From Ylistrum balloti (lineage: Eukaryota), in assembly GCF_031769215.1 (NCBI RefSeq), contig NW_026781973.1, forward strand, positions 372,001 through 436,000: DNA of 64,000 bases, in the 5' to 3' direction. Position 1 is the stretch's first letter; every line of letters begins with the position of its first letter. A model generated the notes under the pieces. It worked only from the letters and a program-made list of their open reading frames with translations. It was not told the origin of the DNA and searched no databases. The position numbers and the translations under genes are program-made. This document shows, in pieces, positions 12,461 to 25,814 of the stretch.

Positions 12461-15115
12461 GTTTATAACGTGCACATGTTATAAGAAAAATAAAACGTTG
12501 TCCATTCGTACACATTAGAATCTTAATCGTTTTGGAAATGTTGACATTACCCGTTGTCAGTCACCCTTTATAACAATCTTATCAGTTTATGATACTATGG
12601 CGACAAATCGGTCAATCAAGAGTTTATAGATAACGCCATTTATACTATAATTAGTACCGGAAGTGTCGGATAACAGTGACCGAGTTAATCACACCAGCTA
12701 TTTAACACTGCTTGTGCCTTAGTCCTGTAAATAATGTCAACAATTTTCAAAACCAAACAGTTAAAAATAATGTTATTTCATCTCACATATATAGATATAT
12801 CAGATATGGATCAGGAGTAGAATGAACTTCTTCCCCTTTTCTCAACCTCGCAGTAGAAATGTTACGGCGTAGACAAAATACGGCGTGAAGATGGCAACTC
12901 CTTTGGTATGTTAACCTCTTTGGATTGTGGACGTAGTGGTGTTCCCTGGTCACAGCTATGTGTTCTGTATTCCATGAATGTGAATCGGTGTATTTTGCAT
13001 TCCAAGCTTACAGAACTAAGATTATTGAATATGTGATATAATGTTGTAAACGGTATGAACACAGCTTGGACATTTTCTCAATCCAACCTCCATTTCTGTG
13101 CAGTGATCGAATTAAAATGAATCACAGTACAAAAGCACTGCCATGAACCCGACAGGGAGAGGAACCGATTGACTACGTTTATGATTGATTAGTTATATCT
13201 GCTGGTATAAAATGTTTATTTCCTTAGAGGTGGATGTATCATTTCAGGAAAAAGATTGTACAATGAATGTGGGGGACAATAAGACAAGAATTTGCCTGAG
13301 AAAACAGAAACCGCTCGAGCACACATCAGATGCTTTGTCCTGTCAGTGTAGCGAGTGCGATGCTTCGTTCCCAACAACTTATGATTTTAATACCAGGAAT
13401 ACTGTCTCGTGTGTAGCACATTAAAGAAATGTCATTCCCTCCATACCTTATCATATGCACTACCTATCAAAATAGGTTATCTCCCTACATTTAATATATA
13501 ATTTCGAGTTCCCTCCGGTGACTTACTTGCCCAAAACCCCGAGTTCCCTTCTGCTGTCGTGTTGTTTTGTGAAGAAGTAATTAATTATTTAACCAAATTA
13601 GAGATAAATCTTTACCACAGCCGATAACCAACATGTGTGACGATATTTGTAACTAAAAAGTTCGACAGAATGGAAACACACTGTAAAGAATCGTTTACAC
13701 TTCGAACACGGAACTGCGATAAGCTTTAACTTGATATCGCAGATAAGGAATTTCTTGTAATTCGCGAACCGAAACTAAATATAGATATGTTCCAGAGCAA
13801 TTCACTAATTAGTCACGGGAAAAAATATCCAACTTAAGATTAACAATTAGGAAAACCGGGCCCCATAATTCAATGTATATCATAATTTTCATCTTTTATT
13901 TGACAAGTTTAGAAAAATAAATATGGCAAAGTGCACGTGTTAGTTTTGAATAGTGCCACTATTCGACTGAACTAAATATGTATAGTGCAGGAAGAAAAAT
14001 CACGTTCCTCGAACCTATACGAGATATGACCCGAAAAATTGATGAATTTGTGTGAAGTTATAATCCAAGATACAGAATTATTTACTTTTGCCTTCCATCT
14101 CTCTGCACAAATTATACATTCATCATATTTTTACAATTAAAAAAAATCTGATATTTTTTCAAATAAAGCGAAAAAATACTAAAGATTTCAGTTTACCCAG
14201 TAATCCTAACATCGCGGGATGAAGCCACCTCACCTCGACTGTCTACAAATTGTTTCACTTTTCGTCCATTAATATTTTTAGGATTTTTCTATTGTCTTGT
14301 AATGTCTGATGTATTTACCGAGAATTTTGGCAAAATAATCAGATAGCGATGTTAAATTAAACCCGGACACTGGGATTTGTATAAACGTGACTGACCGAGT
14401 GATTCACAGAAAAAGTCACATCAACAATGAATGAAATTCTTGACGGGCGCAAATTCGTTTTCTGTACAACGAAATACACAAAAGAAAATCAAAAGCGAGA
14501 TGGTTTTACATGTTTTATCTTGTGGGGGGACACGGAGGATATTTCTCGGGAAAGGATTTATTGAACATTGACAAATATAAAGAGTCCAGGCCGTTGGCAC
14601 TTTTACACATGCAGTAAATCTAACTTTTCAGAAATTTTATTCGAATGGAGTTAATGAAAAAGTGATTTTTTAGCAATGCCCTCGTGATATGATAGAGACT
14701 CAGGTAACAAAATAAGATATTCATCGATGTCCTTGTTTAGATCTCTCAACATTTTTTTGAAATAAAAGTTTAAAAAGATATTTTAACAATATTTTATTTG
14801 ATGATATATTTTACATCATAAATAGGGATGTGTATGTGTAACAATCTCTCCTTATCCTTAAGTTTGTGTGATAAAGTGTGTCACGTCCTACTGTCTCACA
14901 CTCCTTACCGTGTGATTATAAGTAGATGTATATCATCCACATATCAGCTTCATTTGATCCCAGTAAAAAGTCCAGAGAGATAAACTTGTCACTTAAGTGT
15001 AAGAATCTTCGCAGTGTCTTAACTAGTCAATCTAATGACCAATAAATCACGCGCAACAGACGTCAACCTGTCGCTGCATCATGTCCTATTGGACTAATGC
15101 GCCGTAGTTAGAGAA

Positions 15116-15481
15116 CTATTTTTTCTCGGGTATGGGTAATGGCGGAGCGCCATGATGTGACACGGCTATGTTACTGAAGAATAAGCCACATGATTCACAA
15201 ACGGGAGCCAGAAAACAATTTATAACTGTCCCGAAGCATTTTTGACACTGGTTGCATTGGATAATGAACATGCGCATGCCTGGTGTGCAGCACCACACGT
15301 GCGTATACGTCAGAAGCGCAAACTCGAGACCCCAGTAAAACGCCACAAATATTCCAGTAAAGATGGCGCATAAATTGTAACAACAGGTCTTCGTGCATCT
15401 GTAGCAGATGAACGTCACCTTCCAGATACACTCGACGCTGTGGGTACCATACGGCTCGGCAAAGACGTCCTCAAACTCTAC
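15116..15481 (-). CDS. CAV: Caveolin B, terminal core exon (121 aa + stop)
   Basis: Acceptor gttgtag at 15482-15484, then VEFEDVFAEPYGTHSVECIWKVTF...FYWGLEFA...HVWCCTP...APVCESCGLFFSNIAVSHHGAPPLPIPEKK*. Confidence 0.95.
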   Translation of the reverse strand, partial: VEFEDVFAEPYGTHSVECIWKVTFICYRCTKTCCYNLCAIFTGIFVAFYWGLEFALLTYTHVWCCTPGMRMFIIQCNQCQKCFGTVINCFLAPVCESCGLFFSNIAVSHHGAPPLPIPEKK

Positions 15482-17912
15482 CTACAACAGAAATAATAGT
15501 GTTATTTCTTACCTGTCTTCCTACATAGTCTGTAACGGAAACATGTCAGTAGTTTCAAATTGAAGTTGTCTGAAGCTTCAAAATGAAATTGAGAAGAAGT
15601 TCTTTAAAATAACCAAACAAACAAACAAAAAATTAAAATAAAATGAAACTGTCATTTATTTCACCCAAACAATGTGGAAATAGAAACACGCGCTACAGGA
15701 ACAAGCTGGATAACAGACAAACTAAGTTCCACCAAGCACTTCTTGTCGCACAATAAAAGAAATATTTTTTCCAAACTGTAACATGAAGACAACCATAAAC
15801 TTTACGTTATCACTCAACAACTCTTAACATCTACGAGTTTCGCAATTACTGCAGCTGAGAGTTGTGTTAATTGGGGAAACAGAAATGTTGATATCAAGAA
15901 ATGGAAATGACGGTTATCTAGTTGCTCGCGATATGAGAAATCTGAAAATAAATGCATCATTTAACAGAGAATATACTTGTTTATTTGTAACAAGAAGTCT
16001 AAGACCATTTAAAGGTACACTCAAACGGTTAGATGGAAAGACAACATACATTTGATACAGTTTTATCACTCAGCTGATAGTGTAATACCGTTGTCAGATT
16101 ACATGGAGTACATAGATAAATCAAAACCGCACATTCCAGGTTTTAGGTCTTGTTTCTTTTTAATACAAATTCGAGAACGTAAATGTATCGAAATATGAGA
16201 GTAGGAACTTACGACCGGAAGTAATGGACTGGTTTTAATGAATCCTCCGGAAATCGCCAAACTGCGCGTGACAATTATTATCGTGACACCTATCTGCTAC
16301 CTTCAGTAATCTGTCATGGTACCATCAATTATACGTATCCGGCATCAGAACAGATCAGCTTTACACTCTGTATCCTTTTGTTCTCTGTCATTTTAATTTG
16401 TTTTTCATGGTTCCATCATTCCTGTCCACGTCAGCCAAGTCATGATGAAGTGGCACAGATAACCAGCTTGATATTTGTACCAACTGGAAGTTTTCCCAGT
16501 CTGTCTGCGTCACTGAGATAACACCCATCCCAAACTTCACAGCAATATTCTAATATTGGAAGTACGGATGCTTTGCAGATTCTGCCTAAAGTTTGTCTAT
16601 TCAATATGTATTTAAGTTTACGGAGAATACTTACCTGTTTGGGTGTATCATACGTCCTAAACTCTACTTCTGTCAGTCAATGTAAGTATTTCAGTAGAAG
16701 AGATGGAAACAGCGTAATCTTTAAGAATATTAGCTTTACCTTCATTTGAAATTTCAAGATTACCAAAATTGTTATGAAGGGGAGGTATAGTATTGGCTAT
16801 GTCAGATGTTTTTAGTAGTCTGCGGACAAATTTCTTTAATACGTTTCTTTACATTATTTTTAGATTATTTACATGAATGCGTTGTTTCCGGAAATTAGTC
16901 AGACTACCTGGTGAGCGATTAGTTTTGAATTTATTAAGAAGTCTGTTTCCTTAATTCTCGCCGTAAGCCTTATTTGAACCAGGGCTTGTCATTCAGTCGA
17001 ATCGTAACAATTGTAGTCGGGATTCATTCCCCGGCAAAGGCCAAGAATTTATCTGTAAAAATATCACACATGTCGTCCGGGATATATGTCGCCGAAAACA
17101 AATCTAACCAGTCAGTATCGTCAAATCTGTTGTTCAAAAGTTCAAAATTAGCGCCACTATAACATGCTATCTTTCTTTCATATGTCACCGTTCAGTCCCT
17201 ACAGTCAATTCAACAGTAGTCGATTTATGGTCTGTAAGGTTATTATCTATGTCAATTACATCAGAAAAACTTCGGTTTTAGCTTATTTTCTTCTAGAGTT
17301 ATATATTGAAAAAATTACAAGAAACTCTACGAATATACTGCAGGATACGCCGCACCTCAAGACTTGTCTAAATGATTGTTTAACTCGATACAACAGGACA
17401 AGGATATGTCTGGTAGTATCTGTTATTATATATCTTAATCACGAACCACGCGCTATTCTTCTATCATATATGGTATGAATTGTGTTATTCCGAGTATTTG
17501 TCATGAAATCAAGATTTTTATAAGTCTCTGAGACACACTTAAGTTATTTATCAATTTGCATTGCTTCGTTGATAATTATATATAAATATATATATATATA
17601 TATATTAATTTCAAGACAATCTTTGCTTCAAGTTAAGCGGATAAGACATTGATACATTCAGGCGTGTGATAATGTTATTCCAGTAGCGTTCAAAACATTT
17701 AATAATCGCTCATATTTTTTTAAAATATCGTAAGTCATTCAACCACAATTATTTTTCCTAAAACTGTGTAATTAGTAATGAAGGACTTGTCTACATATAC
17801 GGCTTTGATACTCTGTATTCTGAATAATCTATACGGACGTGAACTTATCGTACACGTCATGACAATGGAGTGCATTATTTCTACAGTATTTGTGTTACCT
17901 GTTGGTACTAAC

Positions 17913-17990
17913 CTGAAGGTGCGTGTTGATCTCATTCGCATCTCGAATTTCTAAATCTACATTCGCCTTCCCTCCATCATCGTCATCCAT
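17913..17990 (-). CDS. CAV: Caveolin B variable first coding exon V1 (26 aa)
   Basis: aaaATGG; MDDDDGGKANVDLEIRDANEINTHLQ; donor cag|gttagt, phase 0. Confidence 0.9.
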
Positions 17991-18464
17991 TTTGTTTTTA
18001 TATCGATTTCAATGAACTGTTTATCAAAAAGTCTGGTCAGTACTCCCTTACGAAGTGCGGTGAGATTTTACACATTAATCAGCTGACCTATATTTGATTA
18101 TTGCCTATTGTTTTAGGTCCTTTTTGTGTCTTTGTTTTGGTTGTAGTCAGGTTTGTGTCTATACAACTGAGTGGTGTAGTTTAGCCCGTATCAATTACCT
18201 ACCTGTATTAGAGACAATTACCTATACCTTCGTTACAGGAGGTCGCGACCATACTAGTCACGATAGTAAGTATTTATATACCGATCTGTTGCTTAATGTG
18301 TTTTATTATATCAGTATCAACGTGCCCTGAATGGTCGATAACTGTATCAAGTTACATGGAATTCTGGTAAAGAATGTAGTACAAAATTTAAATGTATACT
18401 TATATCAAAATTAAATTTTATCTATTTTACAACACTTGCCAAACAAGCTTTTCCAACTTAAACT

Positions 18465-18645
18465 AACCAGTGTTGTTGACCCGGGTGGAAGCGCGGGGGT
18501 GTCTTACTGTGTGAGGAAACCAGAATACCCGGAGAAAACCCACGTGGTTGGGCAGGTGACCCCATACCTTTTCACGTCAATTACGGCCATCGGACGACTA
18601 GGTGAAAGGCGAGTGGGCTGCCACTGCGCCATCCGACCACACTGA
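18465..18645 (-). mobile_element. tRNA-derived SINE (degenerate)
   Basis: Minus strand has an A-box-like ATGGCGCAGTGG (18621-18632) followed by GTGGGTTTTCTCCGGGTATTCTGGTTTCC (18515-18543), a motif typical of invertebrate/fish tRNA-head SINEs. B box not recognisable. Confidence 0.65.
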
Positions 18646-18917
18646 ACCATACTTATATCTTTCACGTTATTACGTATTAATATGTCATTTATTTATTCAA
18701 TTTTTTTCACCCCGATTTTTTTTACACGAAATGTAAAACCGTTTTTTTATGTTTCCCCCGATTTTTTTCACGTTACATGTAAAACAAGACACATGCGATG
18801 CTTGTTGATGACTTAATAAGTCATGTATATATAGACATGATTAGTTATGTAAAATATATAGAACAAAGGTTTATAAACCATATTTTAATCTCCCACATTT
18901 AAATATTTCGGCTCTTA

Positions 18918-18961
18918 GCATCACTGACGAGTCCTAAAAGGACGAAACAGCTGTATAATGC
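18918..18961 (+). ncRNA. Type I hammerhead ribozyme (minimal, Penelope-like-element type)
   Basis: gcatca CTGACGA gtcc-taaaa-ggac GAAA cagctg TA taatgc: intact core, stem II, palindromic stem III, GUA cleavage triplet, stem I with 5/6 pairs. Confidence 0.75.
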
Positions 18962-19855
18962 AACTTCGCTTACGTGTCCTAAAAGGACGAAACATCTGTA
19001 TAATGCAGCATCGCTGACGTGTCCTAGAAGGACGGAACAGCTATATGATGTAGCAACGCTGACGTGTCCTTGAAGGAGGAAGCAGCTGTATGATGTAGCA
19101 ACGCTGACGTGTCCTTGAAGGACGAAGCAGCTGTATGATGTAGCAACGCTGACGTGTCCTTGAAGGACGAAGCAGCTGTATGATGTAGCAACGCTGACGT
19201 GTCCTAGAAGGACGAAGCAGCTGTATGATGTAGCAACGCTGACGTGTCCTTGAAGGACGAAGCAGCTGTATGATGTAGCAACGCTGACGTGTCCTTGAAG
19301 GACGAAGCAGCTGTATGATGTAGCAACGCTGACGTGTCCTTGAAGGACGAAGCAGCTGTATGATGAAGCAACGCTGACGTGTCCTTGAAGGACGAAGCAG
19401 CTGTATGATGTAGCAACGCTGACGTGTCCTTGAAGGACGAAGCAGCTGTATGATGTAGCAACGCTGACGTGTCCTTGAAGGACGAAGCAGCTGTATGAAG
19501 CAACGCTGACGTGTCCTTGAAGGACGAAGCATGTATGTGAAGCAACGCTGACGTGTCCTTGAAGGACGAAGCAGCTGTATGATGTAGCAACGCTGACGTG
19601 TCCTTGAAGGACGAAGCAGCTGTATGATGTAGCAACGCTGACGTGTCCTTGAAGGACGAAGCAGCTGTATGATGTAGCAACGCTGACGTGTCCTTGAAGG
19701 ACGAAGCAGCTGTATGATGTAGCAACGCTGACGTGTCCTTGAAGGACGAAGCAGCTGTATGATGTAGCAACGCTGACGTGTCCTTGAAGGACGAAGCAGC
19801 TGTATGATGTAGCAACGCTGACGTGTCCTTGAAGGACGAAGCAGCTTTATGACGC
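18918..19855 (+). repeat. 45-bp tandem array of hammerhead-derived monomers (~21 copies)
   Basis: Unit gcaacg ctgacgt gtcc ttgaa ggac gaag cagctg ta tgatgta; period 45 (18924, 18969, 19014). Confidence 0.93.
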
Positions 19856-20469
19856 GGGTAAATTCATCGTTTGACTCTATTATATTGATTAGATCTGTAT
19901 TAAAGGTGCTATTCACTTATTTGTCTTCAGTTTCTTATAATAAACATTTTTGTATGTATATATCATAACCATAACGACGATTTCTTGTCATCATCAAATT
20001 CAGACCGAGGTTATATCATCAACGCTTATGTGTTCGATCATAATAATTACACGATACATGTGTTATTGTTGCAGAATAAATTTTGCAAGAAAATATGTTA
20101 TTACTTGGTTTGCAATTGTTTGATAAATAAGTACGAATACTGAGATTTATTCTCTATTTAAGGCCCTTGGACTTAGAGCTGTTAGATGTATTGACAGAAT
20201 AAGAGTTCCGGTATATTTCCCATGTTTGTTCATACCCAAATTTTCTATGGGAGGCAGGTTTGATTTATTTTTGCCTATTGTTTTGTACAGTTTTTGTTTT
20301 TTATGTAAGTAAACTGATATATTTCAAAAAGAAATTAAAATTACGATAGATGTCCTTAATGAAGCTGTTTCTGTTACACAAACTTGTTTTTATTGTCCAC
20401 AGGATGAACTTAAACTTTCATTTTCTGATTTTGAGAGCGTGACATTTCTAACTTGGATTGACCAACAGT

Positions 20470-20570
20470 TGCATTGCAGGTGTTGTCGATGAAGCAGAAT
20501 ACACTTACTCTTCCGCAACACCTGATCTAATTCTCCTTGTACTTTTTCAGGAGTCAACCTTTAAATCTTT
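20470..20570 (+). mobile_element. Dispersed repeat copy, probably a Penelope-like element 3' UTR
   Basis: gatgaagcagaatacacttactcttccgcaacacctgatctaattctcc; homologous to 25815, 32115, 43940 and 44130. Confidence 0.6.
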
Positions 20571-21568
20571 CTCCTGTTCAAATTTTGCCGTAGTTTCATT
20601 GAATTTGAGTTTGGATTATAATTATGATGACATATAGGTATTTCTTTCTTTCTCTTTATGTTTTTTTTCGTCTCCTATGTTTCAACATTTCAGACCCCGA
20701 GCATACATGGCGAGTCAGAGAACAAAACAAACGTGTAATATAGGTGATAGGTTGATTAATTATTCAACTCTACTGTATATAATTCCTTACAATTGTAGTG
20801 ATAGTTGCAATCAAACCTTTTGTACAAATTTATGCACTAATATCTAAACAAAATAACAAAAACCTATAATTTAAGCCCTTAGAATCACTCACAAGTGTAA
20901 GAAGGAGAAAACAGTTGTATAATGCAGTTTGATTTATCATTTGACTCTACTGTTTCTAAGTCTAAATTTGCATTTAAAGATGCAGTTTAATTGTGTGTCT
21001 TTTGTACAATATTCCATGTTTCAGTAATTATCTCAATGTCATCTTAATGATTCTAATAAAGAGAGAAGTATTTTTGACGAAGTATTATTTAGACATCAAC
21101 TGATGTATGGCTATAGGCAATACTTAGCATGGTAACATTGGTAATGTTTGACTTATCTCCCTTTACACATGGCATCAATACCTTATAACATTAGTACCGT
21201 GAAGGGTCATAAAAAAACCTCATAACCATAATGCTCTGTAATGACGGCTTGTCATTCTATGGTTAAAGTCAGGTTCCGGTTTATTGACTTAAATGTCATA
21301 TAAAACATGATTTTACTATGTGAACACCTTACTTTTGTATTGGTTTGGAAATATGAAGGCTAAAAAACTGAAAAGTAAACCCCTGGCAACATTTTCAGAA
21401 CCTTGATATCGATTTATAAGAAACGCTCTATGTGCGTTGCATTACTATCACTCGACCTGTCGGTATAAATAACAGTTTAATACCGTTTATAAAGATATCC
21501 ACTTGATTGACCATCTGTGGCAGTCTGTACATACCTCCGTCAGTGGTCAGATGTTAGGTCACTCTAAC

Positions 21569-21608
21569 CAGAGACGTATATTACACATATATGTTATATA
21601 TGTCTCTG
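21569..21608. mobile_element. 40-bp hairpin mini-MITE (cagagac...gtctctg)
   Basis: Inverted ends, flanked by ctctaac/ctataac; homologous to 23701-23745. Confidence 0.5.
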
Positions 21609-22149
21609 CTATAACTGAAAGATAGATTGGTATATGGACCGCTTCAGATATTAACCATTTACTGAAAACGACCTCTACTCCTTAAGTACAGTTTAATCAA
21701 AGATCGAACAACTATTGTTCATACTGAAATCACTCGTTAAAATCCGATCAGGCGGTGGCCATCTTGGTATTCAATGTTATTTAACTACCTTCAAATATAT
21801 AAATTGTGAGTCTTACTATCAGCTCATTAGAGGTAAATAGGAGGTACTTTTCTGATCCAGTAATTTCAATTACTTCACATTCAGATACTCATCCCTAAAT
21901 AACAAGGTTATCTTGATTTTCTCTTCAAGTAAAACAAAATTCAGATGTCCTCCTGTCTTCAGAAAGTTCAATATTTACATATAATTTTGTATAAGCATAC
22001 ATTGACTTTTAACAAACACTATTATCTCTTTGTGATCACATCCTGGTTCCAGTATCACCACTATGCAATATGAATAGAAGATTTTACATAAGAGATTTAC
22101 ATAACAAATTTAGGGTCAGATACAGTAGAGCCAAACAACGAATTATACC

Positions 22150-22190
22150 GCATCATACAAGTGATTCGTCCTTCTAGGACTGGTCTGTAC
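22150..22190 (-). ncRNA. Degenerate hammerhead ribozyme relic
   Basis: Minus strand cagacca gtcc tagaa ggac gaat cacttg ta tgatgc; core mutated. Confidence 0.55.
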
Positions 22191-22626
22191 TTAGAAGGTG
22201 ACTGATGAAAAAAATCCAGACTGTCGAAATCAATGTAAAACACCTGACGGATCGGTGCAGTAATTCCTAAATTAAATAAATTTCATGATATTCCATAGTG
22301 AATAATTTCAAAGAATATTAAGTATGTTTGTATATTCTGAACCCTACCGTTATTCGAATGAGTTAAAACTTGTTTGTTTACAATGTACGTCATTTGCTAA
22401 AACAGATATGGATGGTACCAGATATGGATGGTACCAGATATGGATGGTAAGGATGTTAAAAGTTATTTCTGTTCACATTTACCAGGAGAGGTACAAGTTG
22501 TTGACTGTTTACATTTATCAGAAAATAAAATAACTGGATTATTGTACCTGGAAATGAGAGTTTAAAAGTTTCATTTTCAATTACAATAACTGAAGAAATT
22601 AACAAAAGGAGTCACTGGAAGATTAC

Positions 22627-22701
22627 CTGTAGATGGGCGTTGATGTCGTTGGAATCCCTCTGAACCAAGTCAACATTAACCCCCGCGATGTCATCGTCCA
22701 T
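22627..22701 (-). CDS. CAV: Caveolin B variable first coding exon V2 (25 aa)
   Basis: aagATGG; MDDDIAGVNVDLVQRDSNDINAHLQ; donor cag|gtaatc, phase 0. Confidence 0.9.
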
Positions 22702-23700
22702 CTTCGGTTATTAAAAATTCTATCCGGTCACTTGTCGTCTCACAGTTACATTAGGTATCTTATTTATCTAGGCAGTGTGTGTCATTCTCAATCAGACACT
22801 TCTGATAAGAAATGAGAAATAAGCTGGCCACGGAATCAAAGAACAGACAGAACAGAGAGTATTGAATTAAAAGGCGTCGACGATGTGTTAGAATGACGGG
22901 AACTTTAGGGAAGACAAACTAGGACCTGTTTTAAACACTGTTATACAAATTATGTTATCTTTATAGGTATAACACTACCTACGTAAACACTGCGACTTTG
23001 GTGCACATAAACAATGCACAACCTAAAAAGACCATTTTATGTCATTGTTCTCTTGTCAGTCCCCATCCTTAACTTTAAATATCCGGTACTATAGCGCCGG
23101 CACTGACATGTAAGACCGCGTGATTGTGATAATATCTCTAATCATTTTGTTTTACGGAGTGTTAGGTCCTTGTATTCGAGCGAGGAGAATAATTAATGGA
23201 GTGTAACGTAGGTACGTATCAAACATTCGAGACCATTCCTTTCAGGCGATAGAACATGTTTTACTGACAGCTGAAAAATCATCCAAATATTTTTGTACCT
23301 GTTTCTGTGTTATCTTAGACATATTAATTGTTTAGTGGACATTGTTTAAACTACTGGACATTGTTCAAACTGTTGGTAAACTGCTATATATTTTTATTGG
23401 TACCTGAAGAGCGATTTTAGGTAAGGGGAATAACTCTAATAATATGAGTTAGTACAAAAGCATTAGCTGTGGAGCTCTTCACTATATAACACCAACTCCA
23501 TCGTCACTAAACTATTGTACGGCAAAATGATTGCTCATAGAAATATGTTAATAATCACCTGGAAATGTAGGCTGAGTGAGGGAACTTTTGAATTTTCTAG
23601 TTGTACTGATGATATTACGGTTGATTTTGGGACAGAAAAAGCTATATTTAGTGTAACGAAAGTGTTACATTAACATGAAATGATACGAAGTTATTGCGTA

Positions 23701-23745
23701 CAGAGACATATATAACACAATGTTAATGTGATATATACGTCTCTG
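23701..23745. mobile_element. 45-bp hairpin mini-MITE (cagagac...gtctctg)
   Basis: cagagacatatataacacaatgttaatgtgatatatacgtctctg; opposite orientation to the 21569 copy; flanks ttgcgta/tcgctta. Confidence 0.5.
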
Positions 23746-24082
23746 TCGCTTATTTCTGAGACTGTACAAATGGCACACAAATAAATAGCAACTTTTATTC
23801 AAATTTAAAGTTAGATACAATTATTTCGCGAGAATAAGTAGGAAACTGACTTGGAAATCCATTTTAAGTATGAAACCAAAGAAACGAAATATTACGACAC
23901 CAATTGATAAGATGATATTAACCGGAATGATTTTATCAGTTGGTTTCTTGGTATCTATATTTTAGACGCACAAAATTCACATGTACATATTTTGAAATAA
24001 TTACTGGGGAATCCTAAGCCTGCATGCGACGGGAAATTCACGACGTTCATTAACTTGACAAACAGATAAGTAAAATTCTCAC

Positions 24083-24148
24083 CTGTATATGGGCGTTTAT
24101 GTCGTTGACGTCACGGTTGTTTAAGTCGACGTTCACTGTGTCCCCCAT
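24083..24148 (-). CDS. CAV: Caveolin B variable first coding exon V3 (22 aa)
   Basis: aagATGG; MGDTVNVDLNNRDVNDINAHIQ; donor cag|gtgaga, phase 0. Confidence 0.9.
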
Positions 24149-25430
24149 CTTATTTATCTTTTAAATTAAAGAACACCATGACCTGTTCCAATACGATGTT
24201 AATGCGTTTTACATTTAATCTACATTACTGCTGTATATTATCCCTGTCTCTAAGCAGTATTGAAAAGGTTTGGAACGTAAACGAATTCAACATATTTTGC
24301 ATATAAATTGTCTGTTAGCTGACATTGAAGATAAGTGGTGCATATTGCGTTGGATGTGAAATGTGATTTGTGGATTCTCGGGTATTGTCCTCCACGTCAC
24401 AGACACGTCTATTACTATATTACCTATGCGGAGATAAGGCTTATTCAGAACTCGTCATGCATGCTAAGCTAATTAATTGTGTTAACACTTTGAGTTTATC
24501 TGAGATATGACGTAAGGCGTGAGCTGTTACATTTAAGATCAGATAGACAATATGGATCAGACTTTGACCAGTTTTTATATTTAGCCATTTATGTAACATA
24601 GGTTAAGTCCGTGTACTTGGTTAGAATACAAACCTTTCAGAACGACGTAAGTTACCAATGGAATATTTAAAAAAAGATTGGTTCTCGTCTTGGTATATGT
24701 TTTATGGTAAATATCCCGCACGTTTTGTCAATATTCTATGTAAAATGTCAGGATTTTCATATTTAAGATTTTAAGTAAACTGTCTTCAATATACGAAAAC
24801 CGGACTAATACAAATCTAACCATGTGGAGCTGTGCATGTGGGGTCAAAATGAAGGAACATGGGAACTAAGTAGAACGAATATGACGTATATTGACCTCGC
24901 CAAGTTGAAGGCACCTCTCAAAGAACACCTGATAATGTATTCGATCATCCGACGAAATTAATAAAATGATTTGTATTGAAATAATTTGACGAGGAGAGAT
25001 TAGAGGTATTAATGTATAGGATAGATAATAAAGTCCCCATCTCTAATGTTAAAAAGTACATATATAAACCTGTCATACCAGATAACTTAAGTAAGCACAT
25101 TTAAATGTTGAAAATTAAAACCTGAACGGAAGTTGACGACATTTTCCCACGTAAAGAAAACTGATATTTTAAGCGACATGTTATGTAGGTGGTAGATAAA
25201 TGTATGTTAAATACAAGAATGTCGTTGACAAGTAGAGCTAAAAGCGCTTACTATTTTGCGATGTTTTCTGGTTTACAGAGACAGTTCATATCTACTATAC
25301 TTTGTAAATAATTTCACTTTTGTTATTTTTAGAAGACTTCGGACAAGGTTTGGATGTTAGACAGAAATGCTATGATAAATGTTAGTTGAGCGTAAGTACT
25401 ATATCACTGTCATAATTAATTATCCTTTTT

Positions 25431-25778
25431 GAGCTTTTGACTGCCTTCCTTCTCGGATCGTTTAGGGGTTTTTGAGCTTTTGACTGCCTTCCTTCTCGGA
25501 TCGTTTAGGGGTTTTTGAGCTTTTGACTGCCTCCCTTCTCGGATCGTTTAGGGGTTTTTGAGCTTTTGACTGCCTCCCTTCTCGGATCGTTTAGGGGTTT
25601 TTGAGCTTTTGACTGCCTACCTTCTCGGATCGTTTAGGGGTTTTTGAGCTTTTGACTGCCTACCTTCTCGGATCGTTTAGGGGTTTTTGAGCTTTTGACT
25701 GCCTACCTTCTCGGATCGTTTAGGGGTTTTTGAGCTTTTGACTGCCTACCTTCTCGGATCGTTTAGGGGTTTTTGAGC
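25431..25778. repeat. 43-bp minisatellite, ~8 copies
   Basis: Unit gagcttttgactgcctaccttctcggatcgtttaggggttttt; starts at 25431 and 25474. Confidence 0.95.
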
Positions 25779-25814
25779 GATATCCTCATGATTTGTTACT
25801 CAGAACTCAGTTAT

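Noticed and set aside
12862-12980. Possible alternative first exon of caveolin A (MEYRTHSCDQG...)
   Set aside because: Only weak donors and no homology; could be an untranslated leader but unsupported.
13185-13424. CSECDASF zinc-finger-like peptide
   Set aside because: No His ligands and no supporting exon structure.
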